64,000 nt of DNA from Turneriella sp. (GTDB lineage Bacteria > Spirochaetota > Leptospiria > Turneriellales > Turneriellaceae): NCBI GenBank assembly GCA_965279515.1, contig CBDIID010000003.1, positions 256,001 through 320,000 of the forward strand, written 5' to 3'. Each line of letters begins with the position of its first letter. Within the stretch, counting starts at the first letter, position 1. Both the position numbers and the translations under genes were made by a program. Shown here one piece after another: positions 63,346-64,000 of this stretch. Below the pieces are notes generated by a model that saw nothing but the letters and a program-made list of their open reading frames with translations, ran no database searches and was not told where the DNA came from.

Positions 63346-64000
63346 ATGGCAAAAGAAAAAATTATCGGAATCGATCTCGGAACCACCAATTCATGCGTAG
63401 CCGTGATGGAAGGCGGCGAGGCGGTTGTAATCCCCAATAGCGAGGGCGCAAGAACAACACCCTCGATCGTCGCTTTGACAGACAAGGGCGAAACGCTCGT
63501 GGGTCAGGTGGCTAAAAACCAGATGGTCACGAATCCGGAAAACACGCTGCGTTCGGTGAAACGTTTCATCGGTCGCCGCATGGCAGAAGTTGCGGATGAA
63601 ATCCGCAAAGTCGCGTACAAGGTTAAAGAAGGTTCAGGCAAAGAAGTCGTAATCGAGACGCGCGAAAAAGACTACCGCCCCGAAGAAATTTCGGCGCGCG
63701 TTCTGACAAAAATGAAGCAGACGGCTGAAGAGTATCTCGGCACGACAGTCAACAAAGCAGTGGTTACGGTACCCGCTTACTTCAATGACGAACAGCGCCA
63801 GGCAACTAAAGACGCAGGCCGTATCGCCGGTCTTGAGATTATGCGGATTATCAACGAGCCAACGGCAGCGGCGCTGTCTTATGGCCTCGACCGCGACAAG
63901 AGCGGCGAAGTGATTGCGGTCTATGACTTAGGCGGCGGTACATTCGATATCTCGATCCTCGAACTCGCAGACAATGTCTTCGAAGTGAAGGCGACGAACG
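63346..64000 (+). CDS. dnaK: Chaperone DnaK, 3'-truncated by the window edge
   Basis: [40 protein letters not shown] and DLGGGTFD. Confidence 0.97.
   Translation, partial: MAKEKIIGIDLGTTNSCVAVMEGGEAVVIPNSEGARTTPSIVALTDKGETLVGQVAKNQMVTNPENTLRSVKRFIGRRMAEVADEIRKVAYKVKEGSGKEVVIETREKDYRPEEISARVLTKMKQTAEEYLGTTVNKAVVTVPAYFNDEQRQATKDAGRIAGLEIMRIINEPTAAALSYGLDRDKSGEVIAVYDLGGGTFDISILELADNVFEVKATN

Overview
This is a GC-rich bacterial chromosome segment, most likely from a spirochaete of the Leptospiraceae (Turneriella-like). That assignment is inferred from an OmpL1-type porin and an acyltransferase-GpsA fusion, not from a database search. Most of 1-42 kb is housekeeping and envelope genes (metG, bfr, rimK, ppk1, fadH, folP-cdaA-cdaR-pdxJ, a UbiD-family decarboxylase, engB, tatC), plus a TonB uptake operon behind a cobalamin riboswitch. 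The standout feature is a 6,396-bp element (42024-48419) bounded by a 13-bp direct repeat that reconstitutes a 28-bp dif-like XerCD site. It encodes about 15 tightly coupled co-oriented ORFs: an HUH rolling-circle Rep, a membrane-anchored M15-type peptidase, several small membrane proteins and a candidate double-jelly-roll capsid protein. It has no integrase, no Zot/pI or packaging ATPase and no microvirus-sized capsid. It is a candidate new small ssDNA, possibly membrane-containing, prophage that uses host Xer recombination. To its right lie a membrane-sensor AraC regulator with four gap-free copies of a 51-bp promoter motif, a complete minus-strand rrn operon (with a ~200-nt structured insertion in 23S helix 79 and a broken tRNA-Ile duplicate in the spacer), and CIRCE-hrcA-grpE-dnaK'.
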